A program made the position numbers and the translations under genes. This document shows, in pieces, positions 1 through 14,363 of a DNA stretch of 64,000 nucleotides; position 1 is the stretch's first letter, and each line of letters opens with the position of its first letter. The notes under the pieces were generated by a model. The model saw nothing but the letters and a program-made list of their open reading frames with translations, had not been told where the DNA came from and ran no database searches. Source of the stretch: Strigamia acuminata (lineage: Eukaryota); contig OX442314.1 in the NCBI GenBank assembly GCA_949358305.1, forward strand, positions 6,820,001 through 6,884,000, written 5' to 3'.

Positions 1-3000
1 CCGGACGTTGCTGTCGGATAAAACTTGTTTCTCCAATGCTTGGTAGTAAGGCAGGACTTTTGAAGAGCAGGCCACCGGTAAGAAAGACATGGCATATTTC
101 AGATGTGTGTTGTTCGGCTGGGCTTTACTCAAAAAGCCGATATCCGTTAAATAGTGAAGTATCGTGTAGACGGCGTTGTGCAAAGTGCAATTCCTTGGAA
201 TATCCTGGCATGACTCTTCATTTTCAAAGCAGTCAGGTTTCAGCTCCAGCTGGTGGTAAAATTTTGAACATCCTTGAATAATTTTCACTAAATAGTCAAC
301 GTCTTCTTGCACAAAAGCATGACAACTAGTTTTGTTCCTCAGTAGGAGGAGATAGTTGGGCAAAGACCAACTAGGACAACACTTGCCATTCATTCTCAGT
401 TCACATAAGTCATAAAATTCAGGTACAGATTTCAGTTTCAGTTGCTCAACAAAACACATGGATTGGAGGGAATGGACCGTCAGGAGACTTTCATCGCTGA
501 CACTTTCAAATATCACTCTTGAGTAACTGCTGGCTGAAATAGAAGAACATAATTACTAATGTTTTAAATGCTCCAAATTGCTAAACACATGCACAAATTT
601 TCATTATAATTGTCAATTACTATTAAGGGATACCCAAAAATAACAGGCCTCTTCTACTACTAACCGCACCCATGTGTATTGGGGCCGCAAGTATTTTTTA
701 ATGTTGCAAAAAATAAAATGTTAAAATTCAAACCCTAAAAAATGCTTCTAATCAAACCAAATAAAAGTAGCTTAAAGAACAAACATTGGGCTTTATTTTT
801 TTTAAAAAATGAATTTTTAACTTAAATGGGCCAAAGGTTATGTCTATTTGAATATGCGGTACTTGGCACAAGTGTATTTGGCCACCACGCTAATTGCCTC
901 AAGTGAGTTGGGCCGGCAGAAAAAGCTTAGCACCACATTCAAAAAATCACAAAAAAAAACGGTTTCTGCAGAAAATCATTGTTTATTTGAACAATACATT
1001 TCAATATTTTGTTGCATAACCAAAATTTTGTATGTGATTGTGCAGGCCAAGTCAAAACCTAAATGTGATAGGTTGGATCACTGAGCAATTGACTTGACTT
1101 TATGCTTAGAATCATTTTTCTGCTGAAATATCCATGTCAAAGGCAGTTTATCATCTGCAAATGGAAGCATAACAATTCTCCAATACTTTTTTATAAGTAT
1201 ATTGGTCCATGATACCCTTAATTTAATGTTGTGGACCGATACACATACAGGAAACCATCCCCAAGCCACCGCAATAGTAAACCTACCATAAGACACACTC
1301 GATTTTAGAAATGTTTGTATGGAGAAAATATGCATCTTAAAACTGAAGAAATACCATATTAAATGTAAATTTCTTGTGCTTGAATGTTTAAAGAAAAATT
1401 TTGCAGTTTTGGATTTGTCACGTGATTTCAATTCTACCAATCATGTGCATAATTGCAAAAACACAAAATCAAGCAAAAGATAGTTTTTGCTCTTTTGGCA
1501 AGCAATTTTGAGACTTGTCAAACACAAAACAAAATGGCAGTGGCCAAGGTCATTCCTAGCAGCCATCACAAATAATTTGCAAAGTACAAAGCAATTGCAA
1601 CTAATTTAAAAAAAATTTCATTTTGTCGTATGAATTGTGAAAAGTTTTTTCTACATCACATCATATTAAGGGGTTTCATATATGATGCGCTGAAAGCGCT
1701 GAAGTTATTATTCCAATAATCACAATCGCTCTATTATTGAAGACCCACGCCAGGTTCAATTGATTATACTACTGTCACATGACTTCCGGTTATGTTCTGT
1801 TATGTTTTAAGCATGAAAAGCTCCTTTTTCAGTGATTATAAATAAGCGCTGAAACGCTGAAGCGATTATTCATGTGATTGGCCCACGCAAGTCACATGAT
1901 AATCACTTCAGCAGAATAATCGCCATAATCACTTCAGCACTTTCAGCGTATCATTTATGAAACCTCAAGTCGCATGAAATCCTGCGATTTGATTTCATCA
2001 AAAATTTTTTGATTAATACAAAATTGCAGAATCGTACATTTAATGAAACCCCTTTCGTATTGGATTTCCCACTAGGTCGGAGCCTAAAGCCGCAACTTTT
2101 AAGTTTACTTTATTTTTATATTTCTGCTATTCCACATTATTGCTAAGCTCCACAGTAGCATGAAATGAAAAATATTTTATTTACAAGGTTCTCCGCAGAA
2201 GAAATCCGACGAAAGAAAATGTTGAGGAAGCGATTCATCTTGCACCAGCAAGTGCCCATTTTCTTTTAAATTTTCCAACATCACCCAGTCATTCTCCATC
2301 AAATGATCCCTGGCATGAGACTTGGTTTCATTCCCAGTAACAATGCCAAATTCTCTCACAGGATCATCTTTCTGCATCTAAAAAAAAAATAAAAAAAAAA
2401 AAAAAGAAAAATCAATAAATTGGATCAATTGCTGATTGGTGTTCCATACTGATGTTTCCTTCATCTTGGTTGTTGGTAATGATGATGATGCAGCAAATTT
2501 TTTGAAAAATTTAGAAACATAAGCATGTTCAATTGGATTAAGGGTAAAAGGTCCTGAATATGTTGCAGCTTCTATCAAATTATTCCAAGCAGTTTCCCTT
2601 TGTGAATAAACAGTGCCTCTAGGAGAAAACCCCTTTTGAAAAAATAAAAAAAATTAAAAAAATTAATAAAATAAATTAGTTTAAGTCTGTTTATGTTATT
2701 TTTTTTTTCTTCTAATTTTTCATGTAACTGATAAAATTCTAGTTTTCATTTCTAAGAAATTCCCAAGGGCATTCCAGAGCTTGTAAAATAAAAAAAAAAC
2801 TCATGGCAAAGCATTCATTTTTCCAAGAGTAAACAAACATTAAAGGTTAAATGTTTGTAAACAAAACTCTCAAAAATCATTTAGCAACTAATTATAAGCA
2901 ATCAATCTGAGACAAACAAGAGAAAACACTTATTTTCCCAAATTTTCAAGAGTTTCTTTGCTTTTACTGCAGCTCCCCCTTAGCTTTTCTGCATTGCTTA

Positions 3001-3485
3001 AGCGGTAAACATATACAATATTCAGCATTAATTTTTTTTTAAATTAATTATTAAAGGAAACATTTTTAAAAAAATATTTTCCAACTAATTACACTGTGCT
3101 CTACAACTTTTCTATTGAAAATTTTCCTCTAAACCTCACGGTTTTTGAGTTAAAAAATAAAATATGTCAAAAAAGAATCTTTATCGAATTTTTAAAATTT
3201 TTTTTTTTAAAAAAACTTACGTTAGCAAAAATAATATTTTTTTATTGAGCAATTTTTTTTTTACCAATTGAGGATCCTCGAAATTGGGAAAACTGTGCAG
3301 AGCAAACACAGAAACGAAGCAAACACCGACCACAAGCGCCACGGTAGCAATGACAGCATACGGATGGTGAGCGAGCAACCTGGCATAACTGTCAAATCAA
3401 AAGATTAATTGCAACATCTCATCCACCTCGATTCCAATTAACTATTCAACGTTCTAATTAATAAAACAAAAACCCACCAATTCAT
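1..3485 (-). CDS. disp: Dispatched (Hedgehog release protein), 5' part; exons 3478-3485, 3265-3388, 2450-2632, 2185-2377, <1-533; runs off window
   Basis: Manual splicing at GT-AG junctions with consistent phases gives MNCYARLLAHHPYAVIATVALVVGVCFVSVFALHSFPNFEDPQLGFSPRGTVYSQRETAWNNL...DFFCGEPSSSYSRVIFES...SMC...CCPSWSLPNYL...CTLHNAVYTILHYLTD...LKYAMSFLP. This matches Dispatched TM1 and first extracellular-domain motifs as I recall them (DP.LGF.PRGT, CCPSW.L.NY, NAVY.ILHYL.D). Confidence 0.92.
1670..1965. mobile_element. PIF/Harbinger-like MITE (GGGGTTTCAT termini)
   Basis: Imperfect ~35-bp terminal inverted repeats GGGGTTTCATATATGATGCGCTGAAAG / CTTTCAGCGTATCATTTATGAAACCTC, preceded by TAA; similar termini at 34041-34512. 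Confidence 0.55.
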
Positions 3486-3778
3486 TATGTGATAAAATTA
3501 ATCAACTAGAAACACGAATGATAAAATGTGATGACAAAACTCCTCTTCAGGTGAAAATTATTCATTTCAATTGTGTTCATAATGACATTCCATGAGTACT
3601 CTAACAAACAAACAACACAATTTAATTCAATTTAAAAAGAAATATATTAAAACAACAACAGAATTTACCTCTAATTTTGTGCTTTTCCCAAGGATTGTCC
3701 CAAAAACCTACAAACAAAACAAAAAAAATATAAATAGATTTAGACTAAATCAACTTCAATTGCAGTAAATGAATTGTA

Positions 3779-4199
3779 CAGTCGAACCTCGTTATAACGA
3801 ATCGCAAGGGACCCGAGAAATCGAGACAAACAAGCTGAAAAATTTCAACTTTATCGTAAAAAATTATTAATTATTCATGTAGTGATTTTTATGTGAATGG
3901 AAGTTTTTTCAGTAGCTGCATTGATTATAATTCGTTATAACGAATAATTCGTTATATCAAATTTTTTTTAACATGGTCTTCTCCGGCTGGCCAACCGTGT
4001 CAATTTTAACAATTCGTTATATCAAAAATCCGTTGTACAGTCGAGCCTCGTTATAACGAAAAATTGGTTCGTTGTAACGAAGGTTTGGTATATCAAAATT
4101 TTTTAACATTCGATAAAACAACGATCGCGACTAATTTTCAACTATTCTTAATAACAAAAAATTTGTTATATCGCGATTCGTTATAACGAGGTTCGACTG
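3779..4199. mobile_element. Tc1/mariner-pogo-type MITE
   Basis: TIRs CAGTCGAACCTCGTTATAACGAATCGC / GCGATTCGTTATAACGAGGTTCGACTG with TA on the left; an extra left-TIR copy at ~4038 and a fragment at ~5487. Confidence 0.75.
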
Positions 4200-4404
4200 T
4201 TTCGTCCACCTGTGGTGACCACGTTTGTTTGGGCCTTATTTCGTGCGATATTGATTGGCAGAAAATTGTCAGGAATAACAGGTGTTGACAAAAGATGGGT
4301 TTCAAAACTTGTTTGTCAAAATTTCATATTTTGACCTTATGCGTGCAGGTAACGATGATAATGAAATAATTGTTTTGATGTTGCAACACTTTACGGAGAT
4401 ACAC

Positions 4405-4790
4405 TTCATTAAAACGAGTTTTTAACCGTTTTATATATTTTTTGCAATCAAAACACATCCGAAACGAGATTTTACCAGTTTTAATCACGTTTTAAGCATT
4501 TTTTTTGGCTACAAACACACCTAAAACGAATTTTTACCCGTTTTAATCATGTTTTAGTTTTTTTTTTCCAATAAATACACATCCAAAGGAAATTTTTGCC
4601 CGTTTTAATCATGTTTTAGGTATTTTTTGCAATAAAAACCATCCGAAACGAGCTTTCACCCGTTTTAATCTCGTTTTAATCACGTTTTAGGCATTTTTTT
4701 TCCAATAAATACACATCCGAAACCAGCTTTTACCCGTTTTAGGCATTCTTCGCAATAAAAACACATCCGAAAAGACTTTTTATGCGTTTA
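4405..4790. repeat. Degenerate tandem repeat, unit ~55-60 bp
   Basis: Recurrent AAACACATCCGAAACGAG..TTTTACCCGTTTTAATCACGTTTTAGGCATTTTTT units. Confidence 0.7.
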
Positions 4791-6206
4791 GTCACATTTC
4801 ACCCATTTTTGCAACCATAACAAATTTTCCATCGATTTTAACAAACGTGAAAATATGCTAATTTCCCATTAAACCAAAAAAAAAAAAAAAAAAAAAAAAA
4901 CATTTTTTTTTTTATTTAATTAATTAATTTTTACGACAAAACCAACCACTATAAATACCTTAAATAGATGCAGTGGCCCCACAACGCGAGTATTCAATCG
5001 CATATACTCAGCAAATTCTATTTACATCTCGAGAGGACCAGAGATGCTGACGCAGATGCAGCCCCTGGAATTTCCACGTCTCCCACCAGACGAGTTTCGC
5101 TGCACAGCAGATGAATTCAACACGCAGTCACACGCCGCGTGAGAGCGAGTGCTGGCCCACGATGATCACGATGCATTGCGGGCGAACACGGACGAAATCT
5201 GGGCAATTGCGAATGCTGCACGAACCTATTCCATCCTCGTATAACTCACGTGTATCCGAGCAGCTAAGGTTGCTGCGCGCGCGCTGCACGTTGCTATGAC
5301 AACGACATTGGCATAGAAACCCAAAGTAAATCAAAGCCACGGCTTGGCGACACCTCCGTCATCGAGTAGAAGCAAACAATGTGCGAGTTTTAAATTAATT
5401 TACAGCGATATCGTTTAAACTTGTTTGTGTTTTTTTAAATCGGTCTAAATGTAAAATTTTACGCGTTAAATTTCACTTGTTGAATACAGTCTAAACTCTT
5501 TATAACGAATCGCGATACAACGAATTATCGATATAATGAATACCTAAAAACGGTGCGTCCAAAAAGTCCGTGGAATGACGAAAAATTTGAAAAAAATTAA
5601 CTTCTAATATTTTGATTTAATTTTCCTTTTAGGATTATTAAATATAACACTCAAGTAATGTCTGATTAAATTTTCAGACTGATTCAATAATATTTATTTA
5701 AAATATCAAAAATAAATGATTTATTTATTTATTTATTTAGGCCTAAAAATTCATTTGGAGACCAAAATCATTCTACCGACCAGAATCGTAATATTTTTGT
5801 CCGATCCCTCGACCTAACTTTCAAAGCAGCCATTTTGACTTCGAGTGTAAAAAGTTCAGCAATTAAAAGACGTTTAAAGCCAAAATTTTTTCCAGTGCAG
5901 AGAATAATTGATTTTAATTAAAAAAAATATAAAAATTTAATCTCGTGGATGGAATCAATTAAACTATTCATACGTGGCCATTAAATAAATCCATATACAA
6001 CTCCGGCAGTCACATCCGGCAAAGATAATCTTACACAAGCCACCAGTCAAGTTCTGTTACCTGTTTCATCCGTCAAAAATGAAATATCTGATTATTTTGG
6101 TCTTAGTTATGGGTAAGTTGACTTATATTTTGTACAAAAATAATTCATTCAATATTCTGCATTGGCATGTTTTATTCTGATTAGCAACCACGGTTCATTC
6201 ATACTA

Positions 6207-6935
6207 GGCGCATTCGAAAAGTCATTAAAACGAGTGTAAACGTGTTTACACTCGTTTTCACACGACATTTACACGAATTAGTTCGTGTAAATGTCGTGTA
6301 AACTGGTTAAACGGAAACGGCCTGTACGCCACGTTTCCGTTTAAAATCTCCGTGCAACGAGTTTTCTCGTTGAAATCGGGTCTTGCTGGCAGCCATCTTG
6401 GATTTTCGTTAGATCGATTGGAACGATGTCGATCACAAGAACAATTTTTTAGCAGGTATTAGCCGCATTCTTGCGATCGAATGCGGCCGATGTTCGACCG
6501 CATTTGTACGATCGAATACGGCCGACGTTCGACCGATGTTCGGCCGCATTTGTACAATCGAATGCGACCGACGTTCGGCCGACGTTCGGCCGCGTTTGTG
6601 CGATTTAATGCGGCCGGTGTTCGGCCGCATTTGTGCGATTGAGGCGGATGTTCAGCCGATTCCCGTTCGGAAATAAATATTAATAATACAAATAATTAAA
6701 ATAAATTTACATTTTATAATCATGTTTTTATAATCTCCTGTTTTTTTTTTAGAGTAAACAACAACAATAATGACTATGGTTATTATTTGGACTAATTTAA
6801 TATTTACACTTGAATTTACACTACTGAATTTTACACAGAAATTTATTTTGAAACTCGAAAATTGGGTCGTTTAACTTGAAATTTACACTACCAGTTGCAC
6901 TGGTCGTTTAGTGCAAATTACTTTTCGAATGCGCC
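6207..6935. mobile_element. Non-autonomous TIR element with internal GC-rich tandem repeats
   Basis: TIR GGCGCATTCGAAAAGT / ACTTTTCGAATGCGCC flanked by TA on both sides; internal GTTCGGCCGCATTTGT repeats at 6460-6660. Confidence 0.7.
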
Positions 6936-7684
6936 TACTGTATCAAAGATGGTGACTGCGGAAAAGGGTGCGGATGTCTCAATGGTGGCTGCATGTGCGG
7001 TGGATAAACATAAGGAAAGGGCCAAAAGTGTCCAAACCCCGAGACGAACAGGACACCATCGTAAAAATAAAAATGTAAACAATTTAAAATTTAATAAAAA
7101 TTAAAAAATAAAATGATTATGAATTTTGTCGCTTAAATTGATCCATTTAATTTATCAGCCCGATTGGCATTTACTTATTATACTGACAAGGAGACCGCCG
7201 GAGTGTGATTCTTTACTGTGTGTATACTCAAAACCACCACAACGTTGATATATTTCCCTATTGGTCGAGCTATATCACTGGTGTAGTGGCACAAAAAAGT
7301 AGCTCGTAACACCAGAATTGTATTCTAACTAGGCATAAACAACCAATAAAAAATAAAACTTGTTTACCTTACATTAATTGATCGATTAAAAAGGAAAAAA
7401 GGTTCTTTAGCAAATAAAATAAACATTTTATTACCAATTAAATAAAATCCATCTATGTAATCACTTTTTATACTTAAATTTATTGAAAATAAACAGAACT
7501 ACTTTTTCACGTAGCAGAACACAGTACACAGTTAGACGTAAACAGGCTGAAATAGATCAACGTTGTGGTGGTTTTGAGTATAGAAACTTCATTTTTTGAC
7601 TTTTTTGAGGAAAAAAGTCAAATGTAACACCACACTTTGTTCACCCACATGACAGCCTGCATCAAGACAATAATAGTTTGTAGT

Positions 7685-7745
7685 GATTCACCGTGGTTAA
7701 GGCAATGGACTAGGAATCTTTCCACACAGATTCAAATCCTGTTGC
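7685..7745 (+). mobile_element. tRNA-derived (SINE-like) repeat, degenerate copy
   Basis: GTGGTTAAGGCAATGGACTAGGAATCTTTCCACACAGATTCAAATCC; a near-identical inverted copy with shared flanks lies at 40408-40472. Confidence 0.45.
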
Positions 7746-8122
7746 GTGTAAAGAATTTTACTTTTATTTTTTTTTTTTTTTAGCAGTAATTTTAATGTTT
7801 GTAATTTTATATTTGTTAAAAAATTAAAATTGTTAAAAGTTGTCTGTAAAGGCGGAAACACAAGGGGGCAGGTAAGATTTAAAAGCTTGCTTTTACTTGA
7901 AAAAATGGCTAAAAACTCGCCCGCTTGAGCAAACACAAGCTTGCGTTTATATTCAAAGCTTTGCTCTGATCAAACTGAGTTTGATTTACCAACTTCAAGC
8001 TTGCTGGTGTTTTGGACATGTGACTTTGACAGCCAATCAGAATCGTGAGGAAATTCTTGGAGGAGATTTTGGCGAGAATGTCTGGCAGCCATGTTTTTTG
8101 TAGCAAGCCAATAGCTAGCTAC

Positions 8123-8667
8123 CTAAACTCTATTCCGAAAAGTACTTGAAATACTCCCATTGGTTGGGAGATTCATAACACCAGTATAAATGCATTGCGA
8201 GAAATAGTTCCCAAAATGCAGCAATTTGCCACTACATGGTGGTGTTTATGACGCACCATTTTTCAACTTTTAATTGTTAGCTGATAAGAAATGGCGTCAT
8301 TACCAACACCATCATCTTCATCATCATCATTGCATGAACGTCCAGTGCACGTTCTCGTTACAATTTCGATTCGGTTACGTTCTGTACACGTAGTCCTCGT
8401 CGTTCTAATCTCATTTTGATTTTAATTCATCTCTTTATTCTCTCACCTAGTAATACAAAAATGCCCCGATTGATTTGTTTATCGAGTTGATCGATTTGGT
8501 CTCACCGTGTATAATGTCAGCAGCCATTTTGTGTATTTGTTGTGTGTTTGCATAGTGACGCACCAGGATTGGTTGACTTACAAGTTAGTCATGTGATTGT
8601 AGTCATCCGCAATGTGAATCTCCCAACCAAGGGGAGTATTTAAAGTACTTTTCGGAATAGAGTTTAG
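8123..8667. mobile_element. MITE with ~55-bp TIRs, nested in another repeat
   Basis: CTAAACTCTATTCCGAAAAGTACTT...CTCCCATTGGTTGGGAGATTCA and its reverse complement at the right end; the flanking repeat recurs, inverted and uninterrupted, at ~44810-44980. Confidence 0.7.
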
Positions 8668-10421
8668 CTAGCTTAAGTTTGCCAGTTAAGCTGATAAGAC
8701 ACCACAGTGTTAACTGCATGAAAGATATTATCATATTTCTTTGCAAAATATTATTGATGTTTGCTGTGCAAAAAAAAAAACACCAAAAAAACGTTTTTAA
8801 GTCGTAAAACCTCGATTATTGATTATCAAAAACACAAGAAGTATAATTCATGAATCATAAATGATTAATGTCTTTGGCTCTTTTAACTACGCACAAACAA
8901 CATCATAAAATGAAAAATTCAATAATTTTTTTTTAACTTGCGTACAGAAGAAAGCAATAGTATTCAGCAGCTATTCGCGATGCCAGTCAGCCGGGTCAAG
9001 CTGTTGCAAGATATCAGAGCAAGTAAAAGTGTGTTTACATGAAATGTGCCTAATAATGTGTGGATTATATGACTGAACAGGCGATAAAACGTGAGTATAG
9101 TTTTGAATTTACCAATCTTATACTATGGGGGGGTTTACATGCACCGAATATTTCGAGCGGTGAATAATTCGAGTAATAAAAAAATCAAATTGTTGTGTTT
9201 ACATGCAGAAAATAATTCGTGATCACAACAGGAAGTATCAAGTTTAACTAAAACCTAAAGTGATATATTTTTTTGTAAAAAGGAAACCAGATCACGTTTT
9301 CGTATTTCCCATCAATAAAATAGAAGATGTGTATATTGTATTAACTTTACTTGTGACAGTTAAGATGAGGACCTCGGCTATTCCTCCACTCTTGTTCACC
9401 ATGGTAACACTCAGGGAATGTGCCAGTATGACATTCCCAGGGCCGTGAGTGGCATATGGATTAAGGACCCAGTCCCAATGAACAGTGATAAGCCGATCTT
9501 AGTTACCCCTAACTGCATGGTCAACATGCATTGCTACACCATAAGCAATGGGAAAAAATGTGACCGCTTGGCCACCCACGGTGACCTGCGTTACTCCACA
9601 CACTGCCTAGTGACCCAAAAGTCGTCCCGCTTCGCAGGGTGGATTGACCCAGCTAAGAAAGGAGGGAGCTGAGTAGTGTGGTGAGAGAGACGTTGCTGAG
9701 AGAGCAGAGGAAGGACGTGAGGTAAAAAGAGAGAAGTGTGCGCTGCTAAGGTCCCAATGCAGGGAAAGGCAACCGTGCCTAATGCCGACTCTGCTCCTCT
9801 CATCATTCACCACTGTGACGCTCAGTAACATGACGATGTGCCTGTTGCAGCCTCTATGAGCTGCTACATGGCGTAAATACGGCAAAATGTTCGTCCGAAG
9901 TAACCGACTACTTCACCTGTGGTGTTCCAGCCCTGTGTGTGACGGGACGGTTGCTGGTGTAGCGTGCCTAACATCACTGCCACACATGGGTAGATGGTAG
10001 ACTCCGACCCTTAGACAGCGATTAAAGGTCAAAACCCAACAATCCGGAGTCCCTGTCTCAATCATTTACATGAGTATGCGTCCCTCTGATGGAAGTCAAT
10101 CCCCAGACTGTCGTGGGTAAGACCATACCAGTCACAAAGACATGAGAAGCTAACCCCTTAGCAACTGAATGAAGGCCTAATTGTTCGTGCCACTTGCTTT
10201 GGTCAGCAGTCAAATTGTCCAAAATGCTCGAAAAGTACTCAAAAGCGACTATAAACTCACGCAGTGGAAGCCTGCTGGGCCCATAACCCTTTGTTAAATT
10301 GTTAGAAGGGATTCGCCACGATTGTTTTTGATTGAAGCGGTTTATTTCATTTGCACTCGTATCACACGACCTGCAAGCGTTGTTGGTCAAAACCAGAAGT
10401 CCCAGATTACAATATCACCCC

Positions 10422-10865
10422 CCCCCGGAATTGACGACAAAATCAGAGTGTCCACCCGAAGTAACCGACTACTTCACCTGTGGTGTTCCAGCCCTGTGTG
10501 TGACGGGACGGAACGAAATCAGAGTGTAACACCCGAGGTCGGGTCATTTCGTCGCCGCTCCTTTCGTTGCCGGTCATTTAGTCGCCGGTCATTTCGTTGT
10601 TTGTATTACGTTACACCGTAACGCACGCCGAACGTAACACCCTGGGAGACCAATAGCCAACGAAATAACCAATAGGCGACGAAATGACCGGCGACAAAAC
10701 GACCAATAGCAAACGAAATAACCAACGAAATTACCAATAGGCGGCGAAACGACCGGCGACGAAACGACCGGCGACGAAACCATCGGCGTCGAATTGACCA
10801 TACAAGAAAAAGAAACAAACATTTACCAACGCTGAAATACACTCTGATTTCGTCGTCAATTCCGG
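10422..10865. mobile_element. Foldback/MITE-like element with CGGCGACGAAA subrepeats
   Basis: Inverted ends CCGGAATTGACGACAAAATCAGAGTGT / ACACTCTGATTTCGTCGTCAATTCCGG; internal arrays in opposite orientations. Confidence 0.5.
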
Positions 10866-13039
10866 CGACGAAATAATCGGCGACGAATTGTGGGCGACGA
10901 AATGATTGAACACCGGGACCCCGATACGGGATTTTACAACATTTCAGCCAGGTGACACCATTTAAACAACACTAATAACAAATAAACCAGTTTGTCATTT
11001 TCTTGTTAAGTGTCATGCATCCGGCGCTATTCAAGCATTTTGTGCCTACATGGAATCCGTCAACGCTCACAAGTTTGCATAGCTTGGGGTCAACTACTAG
11101 TATTAACAATGGGGGTGTTTTCTAACAATATTGGACCGTTAGCAGAGTGATACAGTGGGAACATGTTTGGCCCCTAACCCAGGTGCCGATGGATCAAAAA
11201 CTATCCTCTGCTTAATGTGTTCTTTTTTTATATTGCAAAGCCGATGCTGTGTGCGTACAATGTTTTTCTACATAGACCCAATAGTTATGTCGATAATAGC
11301 CCTCCAGTGATCAGATATGTTTTTGCTATAATCTTTCCACACTCAAGAGGATCCCTGGAAGCTTGGCTCCCATTGGCCGAGCCATTTCACTTGTGTATTG
11401 ATACAGAAAAAAGAACCAAAACACCAGAAATGCATTATACAGACATACAGATATAAATAGAAGTCAGGACATTGCAATCGATTTCCTATTGTTTGGAAAT
11501 TGCATTTTAATTAAAAACAACATAAAACTTTATTTCAAAAATAGAAAACATATTTCATTTCTATTATTGTTATTATTATTGTTATTATTATTATTATTAT
11601 TTATATTTTTCTGGAAAAGACTAAAAATCATAGGGAACTACTTTTCCTCGTAGCAGTAATTCAACTGCAGTTCTGAGTAATCAGACTAGGCCAATGTGAG
11701 CCAAGCTTCCAGTGATCCTCTTGAGTGTGGAAAGAGTATAGCATGTTTGCTTAACAAACGACTAAAAAAGATATAAAAAAAAACAACTATTTATGACAGA
11801 AACATACAAGAGTAGAAGTAATAGTTTATTTACACAACAAACAAAAAGAGCCTGTCATTAAACTAGAAAGACATTTGGTTACAGAACCTTTCAGTGTTGA
11901 TCGGTTGATAAACAAAGAATAAAAATGAAAAATAAACATGTTTTATGACACATGATTAGTTTAAGACACCTTTACTTCGATCATGTGAATCAGAAAGAAG
12001 CTAGGGGTCAGAAAAGCGCCTTAATGCCAAGTAGAGTATAAATTGCATGAGAAAATTTTAGTGTAATTTCATTTTCTTCACTGGTAAGTTAATTCATGCA
12101 CAGGAACCGACACGCGTCCAATGGACGTCAGGCACTACCAATTCTAAGACGTTTCTAAGAGTTGTGTATATGGAAAAAATGTCTTAGAATCGGTATTAAT
12201 CCTAATAGCACTAACCTAAAACAAAATCCAGTACTCACCCAACCCATTTTTGACCCAAGTTGATATCTATGTTGAGTGTTTCCAAGTAAAACCACTTATT
12301 TTTAGAGCTGATTTATTCTACATTACTTTTACATTTGGAGGCAAAACCAAAACTAAAACTAAAACTTGAGTCAAGCCCAAACCTGAACTTGAGTCAAACA
12401 TAAACATAAACAAATCTGAACTGTGGGTACATAGCGCCAACTATTGGCAAAGGATACAATAATTAAAACTACAAATATCAAACTAATGACTAATGATAAT
12501 AATAATCTTCAATTCTGCATTCCCTCACAATCTATTCTTTGGCTTTTACTGAATCATGACTTAGCCTAGGGGTCGGCAACCTTTTGAGACGGAAGAGTCA
12601 AAAGTTACAATTTACAAAATTGCCCAGTTGTTAAAGAGCCACTACAATATTAAATTAGGTCCCATACAGCTGCATCTTAACATCAAAAGAGCCAACCCCT
12701 GACCTAGCCTAACCTATGACCAAACCAAACCCCATGTGGCAGCAACCATATTCCCCTAGGGTAGGTCAGTTTTAAACCATACTTAATAATTACAAGTTTA
12801 TTTAGAAACATCAAGAGTTTGCGGACATGCTTTTTTCTTAAAAAATTGGTTCTTATGATCTTATAGTGTTATAACCTTTTGAGGTTACGAACTTGGTTGG
12901 GGCAAGGTTCCTTATTATCGTATGTTATGTTCTTAAACTAGTAATTTTGATCACATGATCAAAACAACATGGATAGAGTAAGACTGAAACTCTTGTAGGC
13001 TCTCTCCACAGGACAATACCCAATGTTATAAGCTTTGAA

Positions 13040-13788
13040 CAGTGTTGGGCACGGTACGCGGTATCGTACCGCAGCCTATACCGCGGTACTTTTTGTAGTC
13101 TACGGTAGTACCGTGTACTTGTACCGCAGTACTTTCGGCGCCCTGTAGTACTGGTACCGTGAATTTGCGGTACATCTCGCGGTACATGGGAAAACGCAAT
13201 AAAACACGAGATTCACGTGTTTTCTCCCGTTTTCCACGTTGAAGTTAAAAAGTGTATGTTTATACTCGTTTTTTTAGACTCAAATTCACGATTTTTACTG
13301 ATTAAATGATTAAAACTCGATGCGGATTGCTCAATGAATGAATGAATGCTCAGTGAATGAAATCGCACTAAATCGATGTTTTACCAACTAAATTAATGAA
13401 ATTATTAATTAAAAGCGTCGAAATAAATCCTTTTGATTAAAATTTCGTGATTTTACTGATTTCATTCAATTTTTGAGCAATTCGGATCGGTTTTAATCAT
13501 TTAATCAGTAAAAATCGTGAATTCGGGTCTAAAAAACGAGTGTAAACATACACTTTTTAACTTTAACGTGGAAAACGAGAGAAAACAGGTCAATATCGTG
13601 TTTTCTCGCGTTTTCCCGAGTACCACGAGAGTACCGCAAAATCCCGGTACAGGTACAGTACCGTGACCGCGGTACTTTGTGCGGAAGCAGCAAGTACCGC
13701 ATACTTGTACCGCGGTACATTTCAGCGCCGGCGCAAGTACAGCGTACTTGTACCGCGGTACACGTTAGGTGTACCGCGCCCAACACTG
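13040..13788. mobile_element. hAT-type foldback MITE
   Basis: TIR CAGTGTTGGGC / GCCCAACACTG, perfect 8-bp TSD GCTTTGAA (13032-13039, 13789-13796); the two halves are inverted copies over most of the length. Confidence 0.88.
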
Positions 13789-14363
13789 GCTTTGAAGCAT
13801 CATATTACAACAGAATTTTAATAATTTTGCCAACAAAAGTAGCGGTTTGGTTTATCACACTATGTTTGTTCAAACCACTACTAGATTTCAACAATTCCGT
13901 TTCTCACAAGCTGATCAAAAAAAATTGTTGGCAGCCATTTTGAGAAATCATAAGGAAACGACATCTGATTGGCTGCCTTATTTTGTAAGGTACTCTCATA
14001 AAAATCCTTATAGTCCATCCTTATGCTTATGAGGCCATAAGGTAATAAGGCTGGCCATTTATACGGAAAAAGACATGTCCGCAAACTCTTACGTTTAAGC
14101 TTATATTAACGTAAAATCACAGCTTTTTTCATGACCTACTGTAGTCCCACAGATTTAAATAAGAAATATAATGCAAAATAAGTACTTGACGAGAAGACAT
14201 TGGTTGAGAAGATTACGTCTGACGATTCGCCAATTTATGAATGATGATTCAAATCAACCGCGCTGTGGTTTAATTGGTTTGGATGATGTCGTGTACAGTA
14301 GAAAACGTTGGAGCAAGCGTCACACCTTTTGGCTGCTGTTGTTCTTATTGTGCACAAGCATGC

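Noticed and set aside
2930..2996. Possible extra dispatched exon (NAEKLRGAAVKAKKLL)
   Set aside because: The flanking exons already join as DPQL|GFSPRGT, the conserved motif.
4968..5380. GC-rich coding-like island
   Set aside because: Stops in the frames examined and no recognisable motif; probably a TE remnant.
9340..10390. Possible LINE/SINE remnant
   Set aside because: Only vague resemblance to non-LTR 3' ends; no RT motif, tail or TSD that I can support.
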